This document shows, one piece after another, positions 40,964 to 51,873 of a stretch of DNA of 64,000 nucleotides. The stretch is from NCBI GenBank assembly GCA_965228735.1, contig OZ245838.1, forward strand, positions 3,456,001 through 3,520,000, given 5' to 3'. The first letter of the stretch is position 1, and each line of letters starts with the position of its first letter. A model generated the notes under the pieces. The model had not been told where the DNA came from. It saw only the letters and a program-made list of their open reading frames with translations, and did not search any database. Position numbers and translations under genes: made by a program. The DNA is from Planctomycetota bacterium (GTDB lineage: Bacteria > Planctomycetota > UBA1135 > UBA2386).

Positions 40964-42877
40964 ATGACCGGCCACCCGTCGCATCTCAAGACCGCCATCT
41001 CGAGCTTCGCCGCCGTCGTGACCACGGCGACCGTCGCGTCCACCCTGCCCGCGCAGGAGTGGCAGCGCCACGTCGAGAACCTCGGCGCGGAAGGCGAGGC
41101 CGGCACCACGGCCGAGCTCGCGCTGATCGAACTCGGCGCCTACGCGCTGCCTCCGCTGCAGGACGTTCTGCAGCGCCGCGACTTCGCCGACCAGCGTGAG
41201 TGCCGACGGCTGGTCGCTGCGCTGCGTGTGATCGACGTGCTCGGGCCGAAGGTCGCGGAGCTGCAGCCCGACCTCGGGGCGATTCTCGTCGATCGGCAGG
41301 GCAAGCTGCGGGCTCCCGACAAGTCGACGCTCGCGCCGGAGTTCCTGCGCGCGATCGGCAGCACGACCCCGTGGAACCGCGAGACCGAGTTCCACAACGT
41401 GTTCCACTTCGGCGTGACGGGCGGGACCGACGACGAGAAGGCGATCGTCATGCCGCTCCTGTATCGCTTCAACGACCGCCGCAGCGCCAAGGTCTCGGAC
41501 CTCGAGCAGGCGCGGGAGGAGCTCGCGCGCGACCGGGTCTACCGGCGCGAAGCGGCAGCCGAGGTCCTCGGTCGCGACGGCGGTCGCGAGGACGCCGAGC
41601 GGCTGCGCACCCGCCTGCTCGACCGGGAGAAGCAGCCCGATGGCTGGAACGAACTCCGCAACAACGGCTTCGTCGTACCGGTCACGGATCGATTCGCGCT
41701 CTACGCCGCGCGCGCGCTCGTGGCCCTCGCACCCGACGATGCGATCAGCGCGATCGGCTACGCGCTCGTCGCCCGCGACGATCCGTATCGCACGAACCGT
41801 GTGGCGGCGATCAAGCAGCTCGCGCGGTTCGGTCCCGACTGCAAGGACGCGGTGCCCGAACTCGTCGCGATCGCCGAGGGCACCGACGGCGCGCTCGCCT
41901 CGGAAGCGATCAAGATCCTGGGCATGTGCGGCAGAGCGGCGGGCGCTCACTTCGGTGCGATCGAGAAGCTCACGAGGGCGCCCGACGAGCAGGTAAGGAA
42001 ACGCGCCGGTGCTCTCACGCGAATGCTCGGCGCGATGGGATTCGAGGCCGCGGCCGAGCCGGCTGCCGACCCCGACGACGCCCCGCAGCGCAAGGCGGCG
42101 AACGCCGCCGTCGCAACCCTCGCCGACCGCAGCGTGGACGATGGCGACCCCGCGATCGGCGCGGCCGAAGCGGTGCTCGCGGAGCTGGGCAAGCCGGCGT
42201 TTCGGGCGCTGTGCCGGCGCTTCCAGGCCGACGGTCACGAGTGCCACGACCGCGTGCTCCGCTGGATCGGCCGTCTCGGCCGCGACCTGCCGCGGCCCGA
42301 ACGCGTCGATCTCACCTATTCGCTCGGCACCGCCGGCACGACCTGGTCAGGACCGAGCTTCTCGTCCATGTCCGGCGGCCAACCACCCAGCCGGGCGCGG
42401 AAGCTCGCGTATGCGCGGCTCGTGATCGGCCAACCGAGCTCGCTCGACGAGTTGGTCGATCACCTCGACCACGAGAACGCTGCCGTTCGACTCATCGCCG
42501 CGCTCGACCTGGCAGCGCGCGCGGCCGAGGTTGCAGAGAGCGAGTCCGCGCGGTCGGCGTTGTGGAGCGCCGTGACCGGCGACCACCCGAAGCGGAGTCC
42601 GTTCCAACGCGACAAGCATTCGACGAGCGAGCACCCGACCCGCTTCGACTCGGAGATCCGCCTCCACGCGGCGGCCGCACTGCTCGAGACGACGCAGCCG
42701 CGCGAACGACACGCGCGCCTGTTCACGGCGGTTCGCGACCATCCGGCCGCCGCCACGGTCGTCGCGGCGATCGCGGCCTGGGGCGCGGGCGCGGATGCCG
42801 CGACGCTGACCGAGCTGAGCCGGGACGAGCGCGCCGACGTCGCCGCGGCCGCGCGCGCCGCCCTCGCCCAACGCTGA
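40964..42877 (+). CDS. Exported HEAT-repeat-like hypothetical protein
   Basis: ATG 40964; signal-like N-terminus; HEAT-like helices (AVPELVAIAE, VRKRA, VRLIAA). Confidence 0.7.
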   Translation: MTGHPSHLKTAISSFAAVVTTATVASTLPAQEWQRHVENLGAEGEAGTTAELALIELGAYALPPLQDVLQRRDFADQRECRRLVAALRVIDVLGPKVAELQPDLGAILVDRQGKLRAPDKSTLAPEFLRAIGSTTPWNRETEFHNVFHFGVTGGTDDEKAIVMPLLYRFNDRRSAKVSDLEQAREELARDRVYRREAAAEVLGRDGGREDAERLRTRLLDREKQPDGWNELRNNGFVVPVTDRFALYAARALVALAPDDAISAIGYALVARDDPYRTNRVAAIKQLARFGPDCKDAVPELVAIAEGTDGALASEAIKILGMCGRAAGAHFGAIEKLTRAPDEQVRKRAGALTRMLGAMGFEAAAEPAADPDDAPQRKAANAAVATLADRSVDDGDPAIGAAEAVLAELGKPAFRALCRRFQADGHECHDRVLRWIGRLGRDLPRPERVDLTYSLGTAGTTWSGPSFSSMSGGQPPSRARKLAYARLVIGQPSSLDELVDHLDHENAAVRLIAALDLAARAAEVAESESARSALWSAVTGDHPKRSPFQRDKHSTSEHPTRFDSEIRLHAAAALLETTQPRERHARLFTAVRDHPAAATVVAAIAAWGAGADAATLTELSRDERADVAAAARAALAQR

Positions 42878-43034
42878 CCCGCCTCGCTGGCCCAACCGAC
42901 CGTCCCAGCGGGCGATCCGACGTTCGCAATCCGGCGGGGAAAAACGAATTCGCAATTATCGCCGACCGCCGCGCAACACCCGGGAACCCGCCGCGCTCTG
43001 GCCCCATCCGCCTCCTCGACCAACCGGACCATCC

Positions 43035-44810
43035 ATGCGTTCTGCCTTCCTGCTCTCGATCTCGCTGGTTCTCGCGGCCTGCAGCAGCGGCGCCGGCAAC
43101 GGCGCTTCCACCACCGCCGACACCGGCCAGCTCAGCGTCGTGCTGACCGAGACCCCCGCCGAGGATCTCGCCCGCTTCGAGGTCGACGTCGGCGGCATCA
43201 CGCTGACGAAGCGGAACGGCAACACCGTGACGGTGATGCCACGCCGCACGCGCATCGACTTCGTCGAACTCGACAACGTCGGTGAGCTCGTCGCGGGTCT
43301 CGCGCTCGAGGCCGGCGTCTATACCACCCTCACGATGGACCTCGACTTCGGCAGCGCCGAGGTGTTCATCGCCGGTTCCTCGACCAAGGCCACGATCCAG
43401 GACCAGAACGGTCGCCCGCTGACCGGCATCGAACCGGTCGAGCTCGAGTTCGCCGAAGGCGCGCGGCCGCTCGTCGGAGCGCGGCGCCACAACCTGTTCG
43501 TGCTCGACCTCGACCTCGCGCAGAGCGTCGCGGTCGACGGCTCCACGAACACGGTGACGTTCACGCCCGTGCTGTCGGCCGAGGTCGATCCGCAGAACCC
43601 GCGACCGGTCGTCGGCAAGGGCTGGCTCCAGAGCGTCGACCTCGACGATCTGACGTTCACGCTGCAGCGCCGCGCGCCCGATGGCTCGACGCTTGGCGAG
43701 TTCGTCGTGCAGACCGGCAGCGGCACGGTGTTCCAGCTCGACGGTCGGAACGGCGTCGGCGCGACCGCGTTCGGCGACCTCCGTGGTCACATCGGACAGT
43801 GCGTGTGGGTGCAGGGCACGATGTCACGCGATTCGCGCGCCCTCGTCGCCGTCGCCGTCGAATCGGGCCACGGCGTGCCGGGGAACGGCCAGGACTGGGT
43901 GCTCGGCCACGTCGTCGCCCGTTCGGGCGGGGCGGGCCAGGACGCGACCCTGACGGTGCTCGGCCGGTCGCGCGACGTGACGACCGGCACGCGGCACTTC
44001 AACACCGCCCACACGGTCGAGGTGTCGTTCACGAACACCAACGTGCTGCGCCGCGGTTTCGGCAACACGCTCGACACCGACGCGATCAACATCGGTCAGC
44101 GCGTCTGGATCTTCGGCGACGTCAGCGGCACGACGCTCACGGCCAGCGATCAGGACGGCGTCGCGCGACTGCTGCCCACCGCGATCTTCGGGGTCGCGAA
44201 CGATGCTCCGGCCAACGCCACGATCGCGGTCGACCTCGTGCGGTTCGGCCACCGCGACGTCACCGAGTTCGACTTCGAAGTGAGCGGCCAGAGCCAGGCC
44301 GACCCCGACGACTTCACGATCGACGTGACCGGCCTCGGGACGACCGGCATCGGAGCCGGCGCCAAACTGCGCGTGCTCGGCTGGATCGAAGGCGTCGGTT
44401 CGACCGGGCCGAACGCCACCGCCGCCGCCATCACCAACCGCACGACCACGGCGCGGGTGCTCTTCTGCCAGTGGCTCACGCCATCCACGGCCGCGATCGC
44501 GAGCAACCCGCCGAACGGCCGCATCGAGCTCGACGTCGATCAGGCCTTCATCCGCGCGGTCGCCGACGGCTTCGGCGTCGTCAACCTCGCGACCACCCCC
44601 GCGCCGTCGATCCAGCCGCTGCTGCCGATCGGCGGCTACCGGATCGTTCAAGACCGGGCGATCGAGCACAACGTCGACTTCGCGGTCTTCCGCGAGTCCC
44701 TGCTCGCGCGGACCGCGACGACGCCCGTGCTCCGGGTGACCGCGCTCGGCACGTTCGACGAGGGCAGCCAGGAGTTCACAGCACTCACGGTCACGGTCAT
44801 CCTCGACTGA
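43035..44810 (+). CDS. Lipoprotein with a DUF4382-like N-terminal domain
   Basis: Lipobox LAAC; GQLSVVLTE.P...F.VDV..I.L, AGVYT and LDLDLAQS motifs; beta-rich. Confidence 0.75.
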   Translation: MRSAFLLSISLVLAACSSGAGNGASTTADTGQLSVVLTETPAEDLARFEVDVGGITLTKRNGNTVTVMPRRTRIDFVELDNVGELVAGLALEAGVYTTLTMDLDFGSAEVFIAGSSTKATIQDQNGRPLTGIEPVELEFAEGARPLVGARRHNLFVLDLDLAQSVAVDGSTNTVTFTPVLSAEVDPQNPRPVVGKGWLQSVDLDDLTFTLQRRAPDGSTLGEFVVQTGSGTVFQLDGRNGVGATAFGDLRGHIGQCVWVQGTMSRDSRALVAVAVESGHGVPGNGQDWVLGHVVARSGGAGQDATLTVLGRSRDVTTGTRHFNTAHTVEVSFTNTNVLRRGFGNTLDTDAINIGQRVWIFGDVSGTTLTASDQDGVARLLPTAIFGVANDAPANATIAVDLVRFGHRDVTEFDFEVSGQSQADPDDFTIDVTGLGTTGIGAGAKLRVLGWIEGVGSTGPNATAAAITNRTTTARVLFCQWLTPSTAAIASNPPNGRIELDVDQAFIRAVADGFGVVNLATTPAPSIQPLLPIGGYRIVQDRAIEHNVDFAVFRESLLARTATTPVLRVTALGTFDEGSQEFTALTVTVILD

Positions 44811-44823
44811 TTCGCCCGCCCGC

Positions 44824-44847
44824 GGGGCCGGCCCGGCGGCTGGCCCC
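44824..44847 (+). terminator. GC-rich hairpin after the lipoprotein gene (possible terminator, no U-tract)
   Basis: GGGGCCGGCC-CGGC-GGCTGGCCCC, a 10-bp stem with one GU pair. Confidence 0.35.
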
Positions 44848-44898
44848 CGATCGCCTGGAAAGCGTGGCTCCGGGGGCTATTCTACTCGCCCCAAAATC

Positions 44899-46302
44899 AT
44901 GAGCTACGACGTCGTTGTCATCGGTGCCGGCCCCGCCGGCTACGTCTGCGCCATCCGCTGCGCCCAGCTCGGCCTCAAGGCCGCGGTCGTCGAGCGCGAG
45001 AACCTCGGCGGCGTCTGCCTCAACGTCGGCTGCATCCCGAGCAAGGCGCTGATCGCGGCGGCCAAGCTCGTGGACAAGATCAAGCACGCCGACCTCATGG
45101 GCATCCAGGCCAAGGTCGAGGGTCTCGACGTCGACAAGCTCGTCGCCTGGAAGGCCGGCATCGTCGACAAGCTCACGGGCGGCGTCGGCGGCCTGCTCAA
45201 GAACCACAAGATCGACACGTTCATGGGCGACGCGCAGGTCACGTCCAAGACGACGATCGAGGTGAAGGGCAAGAAGGGCACCGAGAAGCTCGAGGCCAAG
45301 AACATCGTGGTCGCGACCGGCAGCACGCCGATCGAGGTGCCGGGCTTCGACTTCGACGGCAAGAACGTGTGGTCGTCGACCGACGCGCTCGCGCCGAAGG
45401 AGCTGCCGAAGCGCATGGTCGTGATCGGCGGCGGCTACATCGGGCTCGAGCTCGGCCTCGTCTACCACAAGCTCGGCACCGAGGTGACCGTGCTCGAGTT
45501 CATGGACCGGGTGCTGCCCGGCATGGAAGCGGACCTCAGCAAGGAGATGGGCCGCTCGCTCAAGAAGAAGAAGGTCGACGTCCGGCTCAAGACGAAGGCG
45601 AAGGGCTACAAGAAGGGCAAGAAGGGCCTGACGGTCACCGCCGAGGTCAACGGCAAGGAGCAGACCTTCGAGACCGACGTCGTGCTGTCCTGCGTCGGCC
45701 GCCGCCCCAACGGCAAGGGGATCGGGCTCGAGGCGATCGGCGTGAAGGTCGACGACAAGGGCTTCATCGAGGTCGACCACCGCCGTCAGACCGCGGTCGA
45801 AGGCATCTACGCCATCGGCGACGTCGCGGGTCAGCCGATGCTCGCGCACAAGGGCTCGCACGAGGGCCTGATCGCCGCGTCGGCGATCGCCGGCGACAAG
45901 GGCGCCGCGTACGACCCGGCCTGCATCCCGGCCGTCATCTTCACCGATCCGGAGATCGCCTCGGTCGGGCTGTCCGCCGACGAGGCCAAGGAGGCGGGCT
46001 TCGAACCCGTCGAAGGCAAATTTCCGTTCGGCGCGAGCGGCCGCGCGATGTCACTCAACGAGACCGAGGGCTGGGTCAAGATCGTCGCGGACAAGAACAC
46101 CGACAAGGTGCTCGGCCTGCACATGATCGGCCCCGAGGTCACGGAGCTGATCGCCGAGGGTGCCCTCGCGATCGAGATGGGCGCCACGATCGGCGACCTG
46201 ACCAACACGATCCACGCGCACCCGACGCTGCCCGAGACGATCATGGAAGCGGCCGAAGCCGTGCACAGCATGGCCGTGCACATCTTCCAGAAGCCGAAGT
46301 AG
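44899..46302 (+). CDS. lpdA: Dihydrolipoyl dehydrogenase (E3)
   Basis: GAGPAG, GGVCLNVGCIPSK, GGGYIG, HAHPTLPE. Confidence 0.97.
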   Translation: MSYDVVVIGAGPAGYVCAIRCAQLGLKAAVVERENLGGVCLNVGCIPSKALIAAAKLVDKIKHADLMGIQAKVEGLDVDKLVAWKAGIVDKLTGGVGGLLKNHKIDTFMGDAQVTSKTTIEVKGKKGTEKLEAKNIVVATGSTPIEVPGFDFDGKNVWSSTDALAPKELPKRMVVIGGGYIGLELGLVYHKLGTEVTVLEFMDRVLPGMEADLSKEMGRSLKKKKVDVRLKTKAKGYKKGKKGLTVTAEVNGKEQTFETDVVLSCVGRRPNGKGIGLEAIGVKVDDKGFIEVDHRRQTAVEGIYAIGDVAGQPMLAHKGSHEGLIAASAIAGDKGAAYDPACIPAVIFTDPEIASVGLSADEAKEAGFEPVEGKFPFGASGRAMSLNETEGWVKIVADKNTDKVLGLHMIGPEVTELIAEGALAIEMGATIGDLTNTIHAHPTLPETIMEAAEAVHSMAVHIFQKPK

Positions 46303-46356
46303 CAGCGGCGTCACAAGCGCGCTGGACGAGCGCCACCGGCACGCTACCTTCGCGCC

Positions 46357-48753
46357 GTGACTGCCACGATCCAGCGCATCGCGAACGAACTCTCGGTCCG
46401 ACCAGAACAGGTCGAGGCCACCGTGAAGCTCATCGACGACGGCGCGACCGTGCCGTTCATCGCCCGCTATCGCAAGGAGGCGACGGGCGGACTCGACGAC
46501 ACGCAGTTGCGCACGCTCGAAGAACGGCTCGGCTACCTGCGCGAGCTCGACGAGCGCCGCGCGACGATCCTCGCGAGCATCACCGAGCAGGGCAAGCTGA
46601 CGCCCGAGCTGCAGCGCGCGATCGAGGGCGCACTCACGAAGCAGGCGCTCGAGGACCTCTACCTGCCGTACCGGCAGAAGCGCCGCACGAAGGCCATGAT
46701 CGCGCGCGAGGCCGGCCTCGAGCCGCTCGCTCACGGGCTGTTGAACGACCCGATGCAGGATCCCCTCACGGTCGCCGCGGGCTACGTGGCTGCCGACAAG
46801 GACGTGCCCGACGTGGACGCCGCGCTCACGGGCGCGCGCCACATCCTGGCCGAGGAGTTCGCCGAGGACGCCGCGCTGATCGGCAACGTCCGGGCGTGGG
46901 TGCAGCAGAGCGGCCATGTCGTCACGAAGGTCAAGAAGGGCAAGGACGAGGACCCCGAAGCGCAGCGCTACCGCGACTACTTCGCCCACGACGAGCTGCT
47001 CGCGAACATGCCGGGCCACCGCGCGCTCGCGATCCTGCGCGCCACGAAAGAGGGCTACCTCGATACCCGTGTCGCGCAGCCGACCGAGGAGGCGGGCGAC
47101 GAACCGCCGGCGCCGATCACCGACGACCCGACCGGCCGCGGTCAGCTCCTCGTGATGGAACGCTTCGCCATCCGCGACGAGGGCCGGCCGGCCGATCGCT
47201 GGCTCAGCGACACGGCGCGCATCGCCTACCGCGCACGCGTCGCGACGCACGTCGAGTCCGACCTCATGGGTGAACTCCGGCAGCGCGCCGAAGCCGAGGC
47301 GATCACGGTCTTCGCGGCCAACCTGCGCGACCTGCTGCTCGCCGCACCGGCCGGCCCGAAGGCGATCCTCGGCCTCGACCCCGGGCTCCGAACGGGCTGC
47401 AAGGTCGCCGTCGTCGACCGCACGGGCAAGCTGCTCGACACCGCGACGATCTACCCGCACGCGCCGCGGAACGATTGGCAGGGTTCGCTCGCGATCCTGC
47501 GCGCGCTGTGCGAGAAGCACGGCGTCGCGCTGCTGTCGATCGGCAACGGCACCGCCTCGCGCGAGACCGACAAGCTCGCGGCCGAACTGCTCCGCGCGCA
47601 TCCCGAGCTCGGGCTGCAGAAGCTCGTCGTGAGCGAGGCCGGCGCGTCCGTTTACTCCGCGAGCGAACTCGCGGCCAAGGAGTTCCCCGACGTCGACGTG
47701 ACGCTGCGCGGCGCCGCGTCGATCGCGCGCCGCCTGCAGGATCCGCTCGCCGAGCTCGTGAAGATCGAGCCCAAGGCGATCGGGGTCGGCCAGTACCAGC
47801 ACGACGTCAACCAGACGCGGCTCGGGCGCAGCCTCGACGCCGTCGTCGAGGACTGCGTGAACCTCGTCGGGGTCGACCTCAACACCGCGAGCGCGGCGCT
47901 GCTCGGTCGCGTCGCGGGACTGTCGCCGACGCTCGCGGGCAACATCGTGCAGCATCGCGACGACAACGGCCCGTTCCTCACGCGCCGCCAGCTGCTGAAG
48001 GTGTCGCGCCTCGGGCCGAAGGCGTTCGAGCAGTGCGCCGGCTTCCTGCGCATCCCGGGCGGCAGTGACCCGCTCGATCGCAGCGCGGTCCACCCCGAGG
48101 CCTACCCCGTCGTCGAGCGCATCGTGCAGCAGGTCGGTCGCCCGATCGACGAGATCGTCGGCAACGCCGAACTGCTGCGGAGCCTGCGACCCGAGGACTT
48201 CGTCGACGAAACGTTCGGCGTGCCGACCGTCACCGACATCCTGCAGGAGCTCGAGAAGCCCGGGCGCGATCCGCGACCCGAGTTCAAGACGGCGACGTTC
48301 CAGGACGGTGTGCAGGAGCTCACGGATCTGCAGCCCGACATGGTGCTCGAGGGCGTCGTATCGAACGTCACCGCGTTCGGCGCGTTCGTCGACGTCGGCG
48401 TCCACCAGGACGGCCTCGTGCACATCAGTCAGCTCGCGGATCGGTTCGTCGAGGACCCGCGCGAGATCGTGAAGGCCGGGCAGGTCGTCAAGGTCAAGGT
48501 GCTGAGCGTCGACGTCGACCGCCGCCGCATCGCGCTCACGATGAAGCTGCACGAGCGCGCCCAGGGCACGGGCGATCGGGACGCCGGAGATCGGGTTGGG
48601 GGACGCCGCGGCGATTCGCGGCCTCGCGGTCCGCGGCCATCCGGGCGCAGCGGTTCGCGCCAGCCGAACGGTCCGCAGCAGCGCGAGGCCGGCGCCGCGC
48701 CCGCGAATCCGCTCGCCGCGCAGCTCGCGAAGCTCAATCTGCGAAAGAACTGA
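46357..48753 (+). CDS. tex: Tex-family RNA-binding transcription accessory protein
   Basis: [46 protein letters not shown]-terminal S1 domain. Confidence 0.96.
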   Translation: MTATIQRIANELSVRPEQVEATVKLIDDGATVPFIARYRKEATGGLDDTQLRTLEERLGYLRELDERRATILASITEQGKLTPELQRAIEGALTKQALEDLYLPYRQKRRTKAMIAREAGLEPLAHGLLNDPMQDPLTVAAGYVAADKDVPDVDAALTGARHILAEEFAEDAALIGNVRAWVQQSGHVVTKVKKGKDEDPEAQRYRDYFAHDELLANMPGHRALAILRATKEGYLDTRVAQPTEEAGDEPPAPITDDPTGRGQLLVMERFAIRDEGRPADRWLSDTARIAYRARVATHVESDLMGELRQRAEAEAITVFAANLRDLLLAAPAGPKAILGLDPGLRTGCKVAVVDRTGKLLDTATIYPHAPRNDWQGSLAILRALCEKHGVALLSIGNGTASRETDKLAAELLRAHPELGLQKLVVSEAGASVYSASELAAKEFPDVDVTLRGAASIARRLQDPLAELVKIEPKAIGVGQYQHDVNQTRLGRSLDAVVEDCVNLVGVDLNTASAALLGRVAGLSPTLAGNIVQHRDDNGPFLTRRQLLKVSRLGPKAFEQCAGFLRIPGGSDPLDRSAVHPEAYPVVERIVQQVGRPIDEIVGNAELLRSLRPEDFVDETFGVPTVTDILQELEKPGRDPRPEFKTATFQDGVQELTDLQPDMVLEGVVSNVTAFGAFVDVGVHQDGLVHISQLADRFVEDPREIVKAGQVVKVKVLSVDVDRRRIALTMKLHERAQGTGDRDAGDRVGGRRGDSRPRGPRPSGRSGSRQPNGPQQREAGAAPANPLAAQLAKLNLRKN

Positions 48754-48861
48754 CGCCGCGGGCGCGAAACGTCGATGACACGGTGACCTGCGCCCCCGGC
48801 CAACGCGCCCCGGGGTTGACCCCGCCCGGGCACCGCGGGGTATGCTGCTGCACGCGATCCC

Positions 48862-49062
48862 ATGACCCTGCGACGGAATCCAACCGACCCGGCCGCCCAA
48901 GGCGCCGAGCCGCAGAACCCCGAGCTCACGCTCCAGCGGTTCGCGCTGCGCTCGCTGCTGCCGATCATGGCGTGCCTGCTCCTCGCGCTGACGCCGCTCA
49001 TCGGCCCCTACGGCTTCGCCGCCGCGGTCGTCGGCTGGTGGTTCGTGCAACGCAAGTTCTGA
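48862..49062 (+). CDS. Small membrane protein (66 aa)
   Basis: ATG start, two short hydrophobic segments, coding-like codon usage, co-oriented with the desaturase. Confidence 0.55.
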   Translation: MTLRRNPTDPAAQGAEPQNPELTLQRFALRSLLPIMACLLLALTPLIGPYGFAAAVVGWWFVQRKF

Positions 49063-49088
49063 GACGCGAGTCCTGAGGCAACGGAGCG

Positions 49089-50003
49089 ATGGCCGAGAGC
49101 ACGGGTAAGAGGAGCGAATCGAGACTCCTCGGGCGCATGGAGGACTGGCACTGCGTCATCTTCCACTCGTTCGTGATGCTCGCCTACGCGCTCGCGTTCT
49201 GGCTCTGGCTCAACCCCGAGATCTCCGGCATCGACGATGTCTGGAGCAAGATCGTGTTCGTGCTGTTCGCAGCGCCGCTGCTCGGCTGGGTCAGCGGCAT
49301 CGACATCGGCCTCGGCTACCACAACCACACCCACCGCCCGATCTTCCGGGCGAAGTGGCTCAACACGTGGTACGAGCGCATCTGGTCGCCGTTCAACGGC
49401 TGGCCGGCGAAGTACTGGGCCTACTACCACGTGAACGTGCACCACGGTCGCCTCATGGCCGAGGGCGAGTGGCCGGACTGGACCGTGCGGCAGCGCAAGC
49501 CCGACGGTGAGTTCGAGAGCTGCCTGCGCTACCAGATGCGGCTCTGGCCGTGGCGCAGCCTCAAGCACATCCCGCGCGAGATCGCGGCCGGCAAGTTCGA
49601 CCGCAAGACCGCCTTCACCGAGCTGTTCTGGTTCGTCGTCGTCTACTCGATCCCGTTCCTCATCGACCCGATCATGGGCCTCGGCCTCTGGCTGCTGCCC
49701 CACTGGTGCGGCAACAGCATCACGATGGGCCGCGGGATGTACATCCAGCACGCGGGTTGCGAGCCGTGGGTGCACGACAAGAGCCACCCGCACTCGGTGA
49801 ACATCCCGATCTTCTTCTTCAACGCGACGATGTTCAACATCGGCTACCACGCCGAGCACCACGACTTCCCGGGCCGGCACTGGACCGACCTGCCGGCCCT
49901 GCACGAGAAGATCAAGTTCGCGCAGCAACGGCGGGCGGAGCGCGCGGCGGAAGCCGCGGAGCAGCCGGAGCAGAACGCGGATTCGGCGAACGCGCCGGCC
50001 TGA
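49089..50003 (+). CDS. Fatty acid desaturase-family protein
   Basis: His boxes HNHTH, HVNVHH and HAEHH; TM helices. Confidence 0.92.
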   Translation: MAESTGKRSESRLLGRMEDWHCVIFHSFVMLAYALAFWLWLNPEISGIDDVWSKIVFVLFAAPLLGWVSGIDIGLGYHNHTHRPIFRAKWLNTWYERIWSPFNGWPAKYWAYYHVNVHHGRLMAEGEWPDWTVRQRKPDGEFESCLRYQMRLWPWRSLKHIPREIAAGKFDRKTAFTELFWFVVVYSIPFLIDPIMGLGLWLLPHWCGNSITMGRGMYIQHAGCEPWVHDKSHPHSVNIPIFFFNATMFNIGYHAEHHDFPGRHWTDLPALHEKIKFAQQRRAERAAEAAEQPEQNADSANAPA

Positions 50004-50009
50004 CCTGAA

Positions 50010-50468
50010 CTAGCCGGATCCGCTGTCGCCGCGAGGCGCGCGATCGACGGCGAAGCCGACGCGCAGCGCCGCGATCAGCAGCAGCACCGCGCCGACCGGC
50101 ACGAGCAGCACGCCGACGCCAGGGTCACCGCTCTGCACGCCGATGCCACCGAGCAGGAAGCCGCCGGGCAGCGCGACCGTCGCGCCGGTCAGGCACGCCG
50201 CCGCGAGCCGCGGTGCGAACCGTCGGGCGCACGGCAACGTCACGGCGAACGCGACGTGCACCAACGCGAGGAACGTGCCGTGCGCGTGCGCGAGGCGCCA
50301 CATCAGCCGTCGGGTCTCGTTCCCGACCGCGAGGTACCAATCGACCTTGAAGCCGTGCATGCCCTCGAGCACCGCGCCGAGCGCGAGGAACAGCGCGAGC
50401 AGGATCCAACCGAGCCACAGATGACGTTGGCGATATGCCTGGATGTCGCTGTCGGAAGCCGCGGCCAT
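50010..50468 (-). CDS. Four-TM membrane protein with an HAHG motif
   Basis: Four hydrophobic helices; RLMWRLAHAHG. Confidence 0.75.
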   Translation of the reverse strand: MAAASDSDIQAYRQRHLWLGWILLALFLALGAVLEGMHGFKVDWYLAVGNETRRLMWRLAHAHGTFLALVHVAFAVTLPCARRFAPRLAAACLTGATVALPGGFLLGGIGVQSGDPGVGVLLVPVGAVLLLIAALRVGFAVDRAPRGDSGSG

Positions 50469-50491
50469 GACGCGGAAGGTAGAGTCTCGGC

Positions 50492-51865
50492 ATGGTCATG
50501 CCCAGACTCGCACGGACCGTTCTTGCCGCCCTTGTCCTCGCCCTCGCCGGCTCCGCCACGCTCGCGGCGCAGGACGAAGGGTCGAAGACGAACGGCGGCC
50601 GCAAACTCGCGACGATCCCCGACGACCTCGAGTTGTCACAGACCTCGCGCGGGCCCGACGGCACCGCCTACACGACGTACACCCGATTCGTGTTCGGCCG
50701 TGACGGCGCGTTCGTGGCCTACTCGGGGTTCCGCGGCGGCAAGGGCGTCGCGATGGCCAGCGAGGAGGAGCTCGGCGAATTCGACTTCCTGCACCAGCCC
50801 GTGACCGATGCGGCGCACACGCACTTCGCGTTCCGCGCGGGCAGCCGCAAGAGCCCGACGAAGGAGCAATGGTGGGCGATCGTCGACGGCAAGAAGGGCA
50901 AGAGCTACGCGTGGATCAGCTCGGTCGCGGTCAACGGGGACGGCGAGGCGGCGTTCTGGGAACAGCCGGGCGCGAAGGTGCAGCAGAGCGACGGGGCCTA
51001 CAACCGCAGCTCCGTCGTGTTCCACGCCGGCAGGAAGACGAGCAAGAAGTTCGACGACGTGCCGATGTTCGACCCGGTCTGGAGCGCGGACGGCAAGACC
51101 GCGCTGACCGCCGCACAGAAGGGCCGGGAGTGGGTGCCGATCACCGTGACACGCCGCGGCGCCAAGGCCGACAAGCGCGGGCACCCGATGATCGACGACG
51201 CGGTGCTCGCCCCCGACGGCAAGCGCTTCGCTCTCGTCGTCACGGTCGGCGGCATGCCGCTGCCCCCCGGCGTGCCCGCCCCACCCGGCCAGGCCGCGGG
51301 CAAGCCGCAGGTCTTCGTCGACGGCAAGGCCTACGGCGACGACACGGACGGCGCGGGTGGCCCCGTGTTCGCACCGCGCGGCAAGCGCTTCGCCTATCGC
51401 TATCTCGACGACGCCAAGATGGGTCTCGCGTTCGACACGGGCAAGCAGACCAAGGCCGACTGGGACTACGTCGGCGAGGTCACGTTCGACGGCAAGGGCA
51501 AGCAGGTCGCGTTCACCGCGAACGTCGGCGGCAAGGTCAACCCGTACTTCCGCCTGCGCAACGTCGACAACCCGCTCGAGCTCGCCCCCGGCGGCACGTG
51601 GTCACTCCATACCTGGTCGGGCAAGGGCGACGCCGAGGCCATCGTCGAAGGCGTCGAAGCCGCGCGGTTCCCGACCTTCGGGCCGACGGGTGAGCTCGCG
51701 TTCGTGCAACGGGCCAAGGGGCGGTGGTACGTGACCGTCGCGGGCCGGCGCTCCGAGGGCTACGACGACATCGATCAGCCGTTCTGGGGCGACCAGGGCA
51801 AGTCGATCGCGTTCGGCGCGCGCCGCGATCGCGACCTGCTGTGGCAGGTGCTCGAACTGCAGTAG
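50492..51865 (+). CDS. Secreted WD40/TolB-like beta-propeller protein
   Basis: Signal peptide; repeated P.F..DG...AY / VDGK motifs. Confidence 0.78.
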   Translation: MVMPRLARTVLAALVLALAGSATLAAQDEGSKTNGGRKLATIPDDLELSQTSRGPDGTAYTTYTRFVFGRDGAFVAYSGFRGGKGVAMASEEELGEFDFLHQPVTDAAHTHFAFRAGSRKSPTKEQWWAIVDGKKGKSYAWISSVAVNGDGEAAFWEQPGAKVQQSDGAYNRSSVVFHAGRKTSKKFDDVPMFDPVWSADGKTALTAAQKGREWVPITVTRRGAKADKRGHPMIDDAVLAPDGKRFALVVTVGGMPLPPGVPAPPGQAAGKPQVFVDGKAYGDDTDGAGGPVFAPRGKRFAYRYLDDAKMGLAFDTGKQTKADWDYVGEVTFDGKGKQVAFTANVGGKVNPYFRLRNVDNPLELAPGGTWSLHTWSGKGDAEAIVEGVEAARFPTFGPTGELAFVQRAKGRWYVTVAGRRSEGYDDIDQPFWGDQGKSIAFGARRDRDLLWQVLELQ

Positions 51866-51873
51866 CGGCCGAG